From Podarcis gaigeae (Eukaryota), in NCBI GenBank assembly GCA_964106915.2, contig OZ066916.1: 64,000 nt of DNA. The stretch is one strand, 5' to 3'. Positions within the stretch are counted from its first letter, which is position 1; each line of letters begins with the position of its first letter. The position numbers and the translations under genes are program-made. The notes below the pieces were generated by a model. The model did not search any database. It was given only the letters and a program-made list of their open reading frames with translations, and was not told where the DNA came from. Of the stretch, positions 11,937 through 24,455 are shown piece after piece.

Positions 11937-13465
11937 TATTCCTTTGACTCCCTTGTCTTCCATGGCTCCAACTGCCTCCCTAGACTGTTTCTAGTTTCTA
12001 ATGTATTTAAATAACTTTTCATTGTTAACCTTAAAGTTTTTAACAGTGGGACCCTCACATTCCTATTCTGCATTGCTTATAGTCCGCTTGGATTTGTTTC
12101 ACTCCATTTTGATCTTATTTAGACTTCAGTTTTCTGAAGAAAGCCTTCTTGCCTCTAATAGCCTCCTTGAATCTGCACATTAGTCACACTGCCATCCTCT
12201 CTTAGCCATGAGTACTTTATATATTTCCTGATATGTGTTATACATTGTAGCTGAGCTTTTGGTTTTGACAAACAATAACAACCCACCAAATTTTCTGGAG
12301 GAACTGACCCTCTTCTTTGTCCCTTTCAACTTCTTTTTTTAACCTTCATTTCTGAGATGTTTCCTCTTTGGAAGTAAAATCATGTGACTGTATTGGACTT
12401 TCTTGACAACCGTCTACTTACCTATTTATTGAATTTGATATAAATCGGGTACAAATTCCTATGCAATGAGATACCAGCTTTATTTTGGAGTACCCTCTTC
12501 TGTGATTTTGCATTAGCACAACAGAACCCGGCCTGCAGTTTAGCAGTCTTTTCTATGCAGATAAGCCCTGTATGATACAAAGCACTGGAGAGTAATCTCT
12601 CACAGCCTGGGCTTGGCAATTTGAACCAGGCGTCGAATCCTCCTGAGCTATCCTGTTCCCAACTATTTCTTCCAAATCAGGAATAAAAATGTTAATGGGC
12701 CTTTTCACGACTGTGAGAGCATATGGGAGTTACCTTGGGACAAGAGAGTTACTCAAGTAATTAATTGTGATTGTTGAAATGCATGGTAATAACCACAGCA
12801 GAAAAACAGATTAAGGGCCCAGGATTCCAGTAAATTATACCCCTCTCTTCTGAGGAGATATTTTTATGTGATTCCCTTTTCCATATTGTAATTAATGCTT
12901 TCTTCTTGTTCTGTCAATTTATCTGTATACTCATAAATGTTGCTAAAGCGTATGCTAGTAAGGTACACGTTGGGCTCCCTATAAATTATTATTTTCTGTC
13001 TTATGTGAAGCAATCTCAGTAAAAGAATAAGGTGCTAAAGGAAAACGGCTAGGCCAGTGATGTCTTTTTATTCTGCTATTATTATGTTAGGACCTTTATT
13101 CTTTAAAACAGATGTTAACACCAGGATGTAAATAAGACTTTATAGATTATCCACACACAAAAAAAAGCTATTGGGGGAGGAATTGTACAGTAGCTTCCAG
13201 TCCTTTTTAAAAAATTATAATTCTTTTCATGTCACATTACAAGCTCTCTTAACGTGCCTTATTTGTGACTCAAAATATAAAACACCATGGACAGTACAAA
13301 TAATAAAGAAGAATATTTTACTTCCCTGAGAGCTGTCACAGAAAGAAATTACCTTCTCTCCCCCCAGCATCCCCCCAAAGTCTGTAATTTGATGAAGAAA
13401 AAGAAGTGAAAGTAAAGCGGGGAGTGGAGAAGAAGCCAAGAAATTCTGATGGGTCATTTTTTCCT

Positions 13466-13475
13466 TATGCGCACG

Positions 13476-13518
<43 letters not shown>
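13466..13518. repeat. (CG)n/(CA)n compound microsatellite
   Basis: Alternating purine-pyrimidine run gcgcacgcgcgcgcgc(ac)n. Confidence 0.95.
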
Positions 13519-13520
<2 letters not shown>

Positions 13521-13590
13521 AGCCTACAGTAATCTACCAGGACTGTCAAATTTGATTGAAAGATAATACGAGATTTTTTTTTCCTTGCCA

Positions 13591-13778
13591 NNNNNNNNNN
13601 NNNNNNNNNNNNNNNNNNNNNNNNNNNNNNNNNNNNNNNNNNNNNNNNNNNNNNNNNNNNNNNNNNNNNNNNNNNNNNNNNNNNNNNNNNNNNNNNNNNN
13701 NNNNNNNNNNNNNNNNNNNNNNNNNNNNNNNNNNNNNNNNNNNNNNNNNNNNNNNNNNNNNNNNNNNNNNNNNNNNNN
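13591..13778. other. Assembly gap
   Basis: Run of N. Confidence 1.
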
Positions 13779-15380
13779 CAGCCAAAGGACTCACTTCAGT
13801 GACTTAGTCAGTCTCTAATAATTAACAATTAGCAGTACCTAGGAAAAAGCTCAAGGTATAAAAAAAAAACCTCCTGTGTTCTGTTCAGTTCTCTAAATAC
13901 AAGAAGTTGCATATGCTTTATAAATGCAAAATCCTAGTCCCTTTATTGCATTTCAGTAAACTGAGAAAAGGGAGAGGGGTGAAGTGGCTGGAACTGAAGG
14001 GGGTGGTGAAGTATGGCTACCTGAAATAGATCTCTATTTTGTTTCCCTGTTAGTGTTGGATATTTTAAAAATGCGCACATAGTGAAAGTACATTTATATA
14101 TGCACATAACATTTTTATTCCCTCTGGGTAACATGGAGCCCGGGGCAGTTCCATATATTTCAGGTTTGGGGATAGTATTTGGGGAGTAAAATGAATGAAC
14201 ATTGCAGAGCTAACTAACCAAGCTACACCTATTAAGGTTGTCTGGAACGATGTCAGATTAGTGCAACAGTTCTAAAGAAAACATTTATAGGAACGGGGGA
14301 ACATTACTGGGAAAAGAAAGGATCTATCTTGGTGAATTTTGAACCTTAAACATTGTACCCACAGAAATAACATCCGTCATCATAGGTCACTAGAAATATT
14401 TTATGTACCTCTTAGAAATATGAGATCCCAGACTGGGTAGCGAAGAGGGTGGGGGAAGGGAATATGAGATCTGTATCAAATGAATTCCAAATCTGATGTG
14501 GTGATGATATTTTTCTCTAAGACTTTTAAAAGTCTTTTATGTAGGAAAATTTGTCCTTCTAAATAAGGTTTTGAACTCTGACGCTTAAAATATAAGCTCA
14601 TCTTCTGCACATAGCCACGGATATACTTAACAGTGAGTGAACAAAGGTTGAGGTTTTTTGCAGTGCACAGCCCTTTTGTGCAGTCCATTAGTATATTTGA
14701 ATTTGTCCTGATGGGGCAAAATTGCCTGGAATAAATCATCATTTGGGTTATTGTGTCAGATCTTAGTCCATCAAGCCATACAGATGAACCAAGATCCTGA
14801 TGTAAAATCTTTCCCTAAGAGCCTTCAGGGCTGTATGTTTATAAAATGCTGCATTTTAACTACTCAAAAATGATGACATTTCTGAGCCTTACAAGAAAAA
14901 GCAATACCTTCTGTTGCATACTGTTTGGTGAAACCTAAACAATTGCCAGACTGGATTAAATCAGTGATCCATCTAACTCAATTGCCTCACTCTGATGGCA
15001 GCCAATTCTCAAGGCATTACATAGGAGCAAGCAAGAAAAGCCATATATTGTGGATAAATATGAAAGGACCCTCTTCCCATATGGTAGCTTCTTCCCATAC
15101 CTCTTCAGTAAAGAATGTACTTATGCCCAGATGATGAGCTTTTTATTCCATCTAAAACAGCAGTATTAATGTAAAGTAATTCACCACTCCGACAGGAATG
15201 CCAACACGAGACAGTAACTTGGGTAAATGGTAACAATTTTATTAGCAAGCAACAGGAATCTGCAGTGAGGCAGACATCAAATGGAAATGTGCAGGCACAC
15301 ACTAGCTTCAGAAGACTTCCCATTGGATTCCTCCAGATGACCCAATTATTGAGCATTCATTCTGATTTGCTTGCAGAGAG

Positions 15381-16154
15381 GTTGCGCTTCGAGGCCCCCA
15401 AGCCCTTCCCCTGAAAATAACTTCACACTGACACATAATTTTAGTTTAAGTTATTGGGCAAAACTTAGGCCACAACTTTATTGATTACAGCAAAGTGAGC
15501 AGTATTGGCTTAGGTATTGGCAACTATAACTGACTCCTGCCTCTCTGGCTGGAAGTCTGAAAGGGTAAACACCAAACGAGAGAGCAACATCGATGAAGAC
15601 CGAAGCTCACCCCAGGGTTCCTGTGGTCCTGGCATGGCCCTAGCCCCTCAGACGGACTTCGGACGAGATCCAGGATCCCCAGATTCCTTTACCCTTATTC
15701 ATGGAGAGGCAGGGGATGGCTGCACCTCCCCTCCCACACACTTCAATAAGCCAATGCCTAACCTTACAAAGTTGTGACGATTGCTAAGGGGGTAGGCGAA
15801 AACCAAGTGGCTACAGCCAATCTTCCAAATGGAAAAAAATTCCTACCCAGCCCCTGCTCCAAAGCAGGCAACCCAATCCAAAGCAAGGCCAAAGCAGCAC
15901 CTTCTAAAATTAGGGAGGGAGGGTGGGTGTTCGGCAGCATGAAGCAAGTGCCCCCCGTTAGGGCATGCTGCTGCTTTTGTAGGCCCCAGGAATTGCGCCA
16001 ACCACCCCGATTGGCCCAAACAGCTAGGCACGATCCTGGGGCCCAACGGTTAATGCTTGGGCCACGCCCGGCAACAACTCTCCTAGCAGGGGTGCCTTAG
16101 GGGTCTGTGTGCAACCAGGACCCTCATTAAGGAGGATCCCATTTATATGACAAC
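15381..16154 (-). mobile_element. Probable solo LTR (ERV-like), related to 43428-44521
   Basis: GC-rich block with GTTG...CAAC ends, a minus-strand AATAAA near 15477-15482, and colinear similarity blocks with the 43.4-44.5 kb element. TSD unclear. Confidence 0.6.
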
Positions 16155-17295
16155 GAGCATTCCTCAAGTTCATGTTATTTGTAGGTTTCCATTTTTTTGT
16201 CAAAAAATTGTATTACCTACAAAGGAGGAATCTTTTATCAAACAAATAGCTGTATTCCATCAAGACTGAAGGTGTTTCTTTGCATCTTGTCAAAGTCTTC
16301 TATGAAAGGGCTCCGGAGGGCATTCTGAAAGCCTATTCAGAAGCAGTGCTGGTCATATGGGCTCTGCCACCATGTCTGCACCATACCTTTTCCTTCCCTA
16401 AACCAGCAGCGACACTTGGTTTGGGAAGGCAGATGAGCAACTGGCCTGCCTGTACTGCCACACCAAGCACCACGGTCCATAGGGACTGCACAACTCGAGG
16501 ATTTCTCAGTTTCAAGATTCCGAAATGCCCCTTTCCTGTTCCCCAAAGGCTTAATAAACAATCCAGTGGGGACTTTGTATAGTGCCCCCTCTATGCATTG
16601 TTTGGTGTCCAAGATTTGTACAAAAATAGAAAATGGAGCTGTCAAAAATGAATTAATCAGATAGCTTCTGCTTCACTCTACCATTAACAATATTAATATT
16701 TTATCAGGATGAGAACTGGCCTGTGGGTTACAGTGACATTCACACCCGTCCTGCAACAACAGTCCATACACGGAAGCAGGTGTCCATGCATGGATTAGCT
16801 GTAGCAGATACACAAAAGGCTGCTGAATTTGGCAGAGACAGCAATGGTGGTAATATATGCAAATCTCTATGAATTATGCCTGTTCTATCTATAAAGGGCA
16901 GGGAAGTGGGTAAGAACATTTGCCACCCAGCAGTTCTCTGGAGGGTGGGACAACAGGATAAAAAGAAAAGTTACAACAGATTTTCTAATTTTCAGTCTCA
17001 TATTGTGTCTTGCCTTTTCATATTTTGCATTGGGTTCAGGGTTTTCAGTATATCCCAGTATTATTATTTTTACTACCTCTTTCATATTTTTGCATCAGAT
17101 ATTATGGACTGGAGATTCATTTCCCCCCCTATTCAGTGGGTTGTGCAGTTAGATAATTTTGATTTATTATGCTCCTACATTAGGTAAGCCAACCTTAATG
17201 AATATGGGCCCTTACTGGCACCACTGCATTGACCTATTATACCCTTCTGCGAAAAACCACCCTTCTTTCCTAATACACCAAAATCATCCAAGCCC

Positions 17296-17760
17296 TAAGA
17301 ACATAATAAATCCCCACTTGATCAGGCAAAAGCCCACCTAGTCTAGCTTCCTGGTCTTAGAGTGGCCAACCAGATATCCATGGGAAGGCCATAAGCAGGG
17401 CCTTAGTATAATCGCTCTCTCCCCACTTGTGACCCTGCAACTGGTATTCAGAGGTATATTGCCTCTAACAGTGGAGGCAGAACATTGTGGCTAGCAGCCA
17501 CCGACAGCCTTATCCTTCATTAATTTGTCTAATCCTCTTTTAAAGCAATCCAAGTTGGCAACTATCACTATATCAATATGGGCTGTGTGAAGAATTACTT
17601 TCTTGTGTTCTCAATCTTCCAACATCCAGCATTGCTGGGTGTCCCTGCGTTCTAGTATTTTGAGAAAGGGAGCCTATACACTTTCTTCACACTATGCATA
17701 ATTTTAGACACCTCTCTTATCCCCTATTAACACCCCTTTTCTCTAAACTAATAAGTCCCT
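17296..17760 (-). mobile_element. CR1 LINE 3' fragment
   Basis: taagaacata tail and gtggccaaccagat / ctggtattcagagg / aatttgtctaatcctcttttaaagc blocks typical of squamate CR1 3' ends. Homologous to 30961-31378. Confidence 0.8.
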
Positions 17761-19035
17761 GCCTGCTGATGGCCTTCTTCTGATCTGCTCGATATAAGGC
17801 TACTTAGTGTGTTCTAAAAGACAGGTCAACCTCTGTCGAGAACTGCAAAATTGTCAACCTTCTCCAGATTGTAGCTTTCACCTCACCCACCCTTTTTGAT
17901 TCATCTGCATATTCTTTTGAAAGCCACTCAGTGAGTATCTGTAGACAAAATGATGTCATCAGGCACAGCATGCAGCCACTAGAAGTGGGACAATTATAAT
18001 TTTTGTAGCTGATTAATCATCATGAAAAAGTAAGTCAATTGACTCAATCATACATCCAAGGTGATTAATCACACTTCACTTGTGGTCCCCCCCCCCAAGT
18101 ATTTTACAAAGTACAGACAGTTGATTTTTTTCTCTCCCCCTTTAGCCTTTCACTTGTGGTCACAGATGTTAAGTAATCACCTTGTCCTGATACTTGACTT
18201 ACCCTAATCTTTGCTCTTACTTAAGCTTTTAAAAGCCAATGTGTTCCTTTTCTTAGAAAGCAAATGATAAGCGAGTTATTACAGGGTGTGTTGGGTTGTG
18301 TTTTTTTTACAGGTTAATCAATAACTGAAATAGCCATAATTGTGCTCTGTAATCACAGATGCTTTTAATAATCACTCAGCTCTTCTGTTTGTTCCCTGTT
18401 AAACACTGATGGCATGATTACTACCAAAACACTGGCAGGGAGGTGGAGCTTAGTTCATTCCTGTTCATCTAGATTTGGTTATTAGTTACAGTTAATGATA
18501 TACATATATAGATTTATACACACACATGCACACACAGAGATGTTTTTCTTTAGTCCTTGCTCAGGTCCAAACGAATCCAAACAGCTTTTGATTAGAAATG
18601 ACAGCTGTTGATTAGAAATTTCTATTGTATTGCATTATCTGATATTTAAACCACATCATTTACTTACATGGGCAACAGGGTACCATAAGCATACAAAAAG
18701 CAGGGTGGTTTTTTTAAAAAAAATCAGTGTGTAGCTGGACATAAAACATGTTGTTGGAACAAAATTGTGCGGTTGGAAAGCTGACAAACTGCACTTAGTT
18801 TCCATACTTAAACTTTCCTTACCATATCTTCTTTGGGGCCAGAAGCTTCTCAGCTTCACCTTCACCTTTGGGCAGCTCACGCTAATCTGCATCCTTGTAA
18901 ATACCATTACACTACCCCGGCTTTGTGCTTTGCCCAACTTTGCACCCTTTGTTCCTTCTTCTGCAGCCAATGCAGAACTGCTGCTCTGAGGTCCCACTTA
19001 TCTAATGGTGGCATATTATAATGGATGTCACCATA

Positions 19036-19218
19036 CAGTGGTACCTCAGTTTTCGAATGTCTCCGTTGACGAACATTTTGGATTTCAAACGCTGTAAACC
19101 CAGAAGTAAATGCTTCGGTTTTTGAACATGCCTTGGAAGTCAAACATGAAATGCGGCTTCTGTACTGAGTTTTCCATTTTGAGGCTTCCGTATTGAGTTT
19201 TCGGTTTTCAAACGTTTC
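19036..19218. mobile_element. Tigger-like MITE, right end missing
   Basis: TA followed by the CAGTGGTACCTC terminus and ttttcgaa-type subterminal repeats. Confidence 0.7.
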
Positions 19219-19384
19219 ATACCTCAAACCGCCTTCTGGAACTCAGGGGAGATCTGGTTAGTGATCGAGTCCAGAAAATGATTACTAATTTATTCATCCA
19301 TTTTGGCTTTGCTCACTAAACTCCTCCATCTCCTAGTCAGATTGACCAGACCAATCATAAACCTGAACAGACTTGACCAAAAGG

Positions 19385-19924
19385 CAGAGCCGTAGCCAGG
19401 TGATCTTGCGCCCCTGGCAGAACTCTCCAGATTGCGCCCCCTAGCCACTGACAAATTAGCTCTTATTTCCACGTCTCTTCCAAACCCCCTCCCCCCATTC
19501 AATTCACCCTCTTTTTAAAACCTTTTCTTATGTGGCAATAATAAACACCAACAATTGGGAAACACTTGCCTGTGAGTGCTCCAATTGTAGAACAGCCTTT
19601 TCCAAAGGTGTCATGGGCTTTGAAGACACTCGAACTCAGGATGCAAGGGACAAACATGCTAAGAGGAAGGCACACTTGGCAAATCTACACTGTGATCAAC
19701 TCCTGCCCGGAAACCAATGTCCTCACTGTGGAAGGATGTGTGGATCCAGAACTGGCCTCCACAGTCACTTACGGACTCATTGTCGAAACCGTGCTTCTGG
19801 AAGGCAATCTTACTCAGCTACAAGTGATTACCAAAGAAAGAAGAATCAATAGTTTTGCTTATGGCCATATTTTTAGCTGATTTTGTGCCCCCCTCCACCT
19901 CGCCACCCCCTAGCTATGGCCCTG
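19385..19924. mobile_element. hAT-type non-autonomous element containing an RTE fragment
   Basis: TIRs CAGAGCCGTAGC / GCTATGGCCCTG; 8-bp TSD CCAAAAGG / CCAATAGG. Confidence 0.75.
19531..19845 (+). mobile_element. RTE-clade LINE 3' end (non-BovB) with C-terminal C2H2 zinc finger
   Basis: Peptide NWETLA...CPHCGRMCGSRTGLHSHLRTH, (GAA)n tail, and a second copy at 31034-31247. Confidence 0.8.
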
Positions 19925-21695
19925 CCAATAGGAAATATTTTTCTTTTCTTTTCAAAATGGTCTTGAGATTGTATGCATTATCATGTCCCCATTCTGGAAC
20001 CTGTGAAAGCAGCACAGAGCCACCTTTATGCTTCACGCTTGGATGCATGGCACCCTAATCAACCAACAAGGAAGGATGCATGTGTTACTCAGCATCTAAA
20101 TGCAGTCTGTCTTTTCTCTCATGCGACAGCCTTGCACACAGCTAATTTCCATGCCCAAACCTGTTTCCACATACAGATTGCCTTCTCTGAATCAGGTCAG
20201 CAGCCACCTATTGGAAATTGTATTCATAACCAGATCCTATGGCTTCCTCTATGATCTTCCTCATATTGCTAATAAAGAGCCCAAGGTTGGCATAATTGTT
20301 AATACACTAATTCCAAAGAAATCCACTCAAATGTCACTTATAATCAGGATTTTCTACTGAGCTAGGACCCCTGGGGAAACCTTTGAAGCTGCGCTCCGTG
20401 TACACGATAACAAGGATGAACAAGATGGTGGAAGGCCACTGATGCTGTTTAGCTCGCCTGTTTAAAACTATCAGGGATGCAGAAGCTTAGAAACAGTGGC
20501 AGCCAGAACAACAACAAAGGAGTGCAGGAGCCAGGGAATGGGAGGGGATGCCAAACAACATAAGAAAATCCTTTTAACTCCCATCCTTTAAAAACGCTGG
20601 AAGTCGAAACCATTCAGCTTGTGTAATTTATAGTGGAAAAAGCCAGCCAGTGAAAATATTATAAAAGAATTTCAGCAAGAGGAAACCCATGACATGGAAT
20701 TATTTGAAACAATTAATCAAGGAGCCTAATTATTCAATTAGACAAATAAATGAATCTTCGTCAATGGAATATGCAAAAAGAGAGGATGATTATACATCTT
20801 TAAAAGGCAAATGAGCGTATCAAAGCAGCTAAATACGATTAAAAAAACTTTTGAATAATAAGTCAATGTTTATACTTAATTGGGTTTTAGCTTTATTATA
20901 GCTGAGGATACTTAGTGACTTGTTTTTTATTGTATTTATGACTTTAATATTCATAAGATACATTCGATACTATCTCTGTATACTTTCTGCCAGTGCTTGT
21001 TGCATCTTATTAATGATTAGTGCTTGGGCTACTGTGAAGTGAATTCATATTTTTCAATAAAAAAGTAGAGAAGAGTTTGAAGATTTTTTTCAGCTTTACA
21101 GAATATGTTAGCAGGATGTTTTTATTTTTTTTGTAAGTGTCAAGTGGTATATTGTTGCTGTACTTAGCAGACATGCCAGAAAAGAATTGTGGAATCTTGT
21201 TGATTCTGTTTTTCCGTTCTTGGACACAATCCAGCACAGATTTATAGATATAAACTCTTTGGTTTCAGAACTCTGCAGGGGTGCCAATAGGATTTTATGA
21301 GCCCAGTACACTGTATGTAGATTGGGCCCTCTGACCTACTCACATAAGAGAACACGGATTTGCATAAAACTTGCATATACTTTGTGTGATATGCAAATTT
21401 GTGTCATGTTCTGCTGGAAGGCCCCAAAATAAGTCTGTGCCTACTCGTGGAAAATGTATGTCAGACATAATGTAAACTGGTGAAGCTTTTCCTATAATTG
21501 TATTCCCATACTACATCAGTCTTACTCTTTTGAATTTCTGCCTGCCACACAGTTGTTGAAAAGCACAAGAACCCTGCTTTTCCCCAATACCAACTTTAAA
21601 CCAAAGCCTAGGCAACAGTCCTATAGAATATATCTGTTTATTTATACCCCATGCCTTCTTTCAAAGGAGCCCTGGGGCCACTTACCTTGCAGTAA

Positions 21696-22008
21696 AGGTA
21701 AAGGGAACCCTGACCATTAGGTCCAGTCGTGGCCAACTCTGGGGATGCGGCGCTCATCTCGCTTTATTGGCCGGCATGACTAAGCTGCTTCTGGCGAACC
21801 AGAGCAGCGCATCAAAACGTCGTTTACCTTCCTGCCGGAGCGGTACCTATTTATCTACTTGCACTTTGACGTGCTTTCGAACTGCTAGGTTGGCAGGAGC
21901 AGGGACCAAGCAACGGGAGCTCACCCCATCGCGGGGATTCCAACCACCGACCTTCTGATCGGCAAGTCCTAGGCTTTGTGGTTTAACCCACAGTGCCAGC
22001 CACGTCCC
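21696..22008 (-). mobile_element. Sauria (Squam1) SINE with an internal deletion
   Basis: tRNA-like head at the right end, ACCTTT tail, 13-bp TSD TACCTTGCAGTAA at 21683-21695 and 22009-22021. Confidence 0.93.
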
Positions 22009-22046
22009 TACCTTGCAGTAAGCCCAATTAAATAAGAAGAGACCTA

Positions 22047-22302
22047 GGCCCCATTTGCATTATACATTTAAAGCAATATCATACCGATTTAAACAGTCAT
22101 GGGAACTGTAGTTTGTTAAGAGTACTGAAACCCCTATGAGTGACAGCTCTCAGACTACTGTAACAGTCAAGCCCCATTTCCAGGAACTCTGGGAACTAAA
22201 GCTGTGTGAGGTGAATCGGGGGTCTCATAACAATTCTCAGCACCCTTAACAAACTATAGTTCTGTCTGAAGTAGTATGATAAATATGTAGTGCACATAGG
22301 GA
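22047..22302. mobile_element. PIF/Harbinger-like MITE, degraded
   Basis: ggccccatttgcattatac ... gtagtgcacataggg ends, and internal inverted gaactgtagtttgttaag / cttaacaaactatagttc. Confidence 0.6.
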
Positions 22303-22475
22303 TTTACTTTTGAGTAGACATGTATACCATTGCACTGTAAATTATAGTGCTATACAGTGAATGTTTAATGAGTGCCTGGTCTTTAGTTCAGGCACAATAT
22401 GAGACATGCCTAAGCAAGGGTGACAACTCGAATAACACTATACACACAAGAAATCCAGTATGGGAAGTAGATATG

Positions 22476-22597
22476 CAGGGCTTTCTTTCAGGGGAAACTC
22501 ACTGGAACTCTCAGGTGGGTGCCATTGCCATTCTACTAGAAAGAGGGAGGCATTCATGGAGAGTTGAGGCACCTCTTTTTATAGAAAAATAGCACTG
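22476..22597. mobile_element. hAT-type MITE
   Basis: CAGGGCTTTC...AATAGCACTG ends; imperfect 8-bp TSD TAGATATG / GATATATG. Confidence 0.6.
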
Positions 22598-24169
22598 GAT
22601 ATATGAGATGACCTTGTAGCCATTCAACTGCTAATGGATCTGAAAAATGCCCATTCAAACTTTTGGGGTTTACTATTAAGAACCTTTTGTGTTCCATCAG
22701 TAACATTTCAATTTGAAAATAAACTATAGCCAGGATCTAGTGAGTTGTCCCTATGAAACTCTGCTCACCACTGAACTTCTTTCTTTGCACACCAGCAACT
22801 GACTGGTGCAGTAGGGAAAGCTGATGTAGGAAAATCATCACGTGTGTACCATACACAGTCTTGTACTTGACAGAATCTGGATCAGACCCATAGGCATGCT
22901 ATATTACTTTTTAGAAAGTAATGTGTCATTACTGTTCACTAATAATCTTCTGGGTCCATGTACCAATAAGTTTCTGTACTCACCTCTGAGTACAGTTTAT
23001 GTCTATTTCTTGCATTTGGCTTTTTAAAAAATTGCCCAAATTTGCTTTGGTTACTTAGTGAGTTTTCAGGAAGCAACCCCCCCCCCCAAAAAAAACTTAT
23101 TTATCTTTCACTAAGACTTTGCTGTAGGATACCTTTCTTTACTGGAACTTTTGTACCTTTAAATTAAAAATAAGAAAAGAAGGAATACAAAGTTGTTTTT
23201 GAAAGATTAATAAATTCATGGCTTACACAGCACAAATTTGGTATCTGTAGTAAATTTCCTTCATGTGCTCATATTTCCTATGGATATAATAACATTTAAG
23301 TCTAGGGTAGTCACCTCACCAGAAGTGAGGGAAACCACTTTTGTGTATTTGCATATTTTAAAATCCTGAAATCTATGCAAATGTGTGCAAATTTGCCTAG
23401 TGCCTACCACAGAGGTTGAACTAAAATATTGCTAGGTGGAAACAAATAAACAAATCAATAAATAAATGATACGGGTTACTTTAAAACCAATCACGTAAAA
23501 GCCTTGGTTGTTTCTCTGCAAAGCATACATCTTTCACAATACGCAACATTCATGTAGTTTTGTTAATCAAACCTCAGCAATGTGTGAAATTTGGCATATG
23601 CACTTTCTCTGAACAAAATGAATTAAGAGTTTGATGCATAAGTTACAAGAATTTTAAAACTATGAGTATAATCCAGCCAACGCCGGGCATTTTAATGTTC
23701 TGTTTATTTCAGTAAGCAAGTAAATGTGATCCTATTCAGGTTTACTCAGAAGTAAGACCACCTTATTAAATTATGCTTACTCCCAGGAAAACACACATAG
23801 AATTTCAGCCTTAAGCATGTGCTTAAATTTCAGTCATTAAAATGTATTTGTCTTTAAAATGCTTGACTTTGTTGTATCCCTAAATATAGTGATGAGCCTG
23901 TGCATGTAATTTGGCAACAACAAAAACAAAAACGAAGTAAGACTGCAAGCCTAACCTCACTTATCTGGGAGTAAGCCCCCTTTGAATTAAATAGAACTTA
24001 CATCTAAGTAGACATGGTTAAGATTGTGCTGTAATTCATTTTTTCCTTTTCTTGGGATTCAGAAGATGTGGGTACCTGAGTCACTGTTGAGCATCATTAT
24101 CAGGATTCCTAAGTATTGTATCTTTACACTTCAAAGCACCCAGGGATGCTTGGAAACCATACGTATAGG

Positions 24170-24455
24170 GCAGGCAAAAGCCTGTTGTAATAAAAGTGTC
24201 TGCAGCGAATGATGAAAGACAGTCAGAGATTAAATGTCCCACACTTTATGGGGCAAGCTGCTCCACAATTCTGCTGCAACCACCGACAAGTCTCTATCTC
24301 TTGTTGCCATCACCCATATCTTCTTCGTAGGTGGGGCTCAGAGAAAGGCCTCCTTTCCTGAGCAGGATGGTGTAGAAGAAGACCACCTGTCAGATATTCT
24401 GTACCCAGGCCATTTTGGACATGAAAGATTTTCACCCACTCATTGAATTGCATCC
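24170..24455 (-). mobile_element. Old L2 LINE fragment
   Basis: aaaagcctg...gctccacaattctgctgcaaccaccgacaag...tcttgttgcca...agaaaggcctcc resembles the antisense L2 3' region. Confidence 0.55.

Noticed and set aside
19532-19852. C2H2 zinc-finger ORF as a host gene
   Set aside because: It is the C-terminus of an RTE LINE with a (GAA)n tail, and a second copy is in the window.
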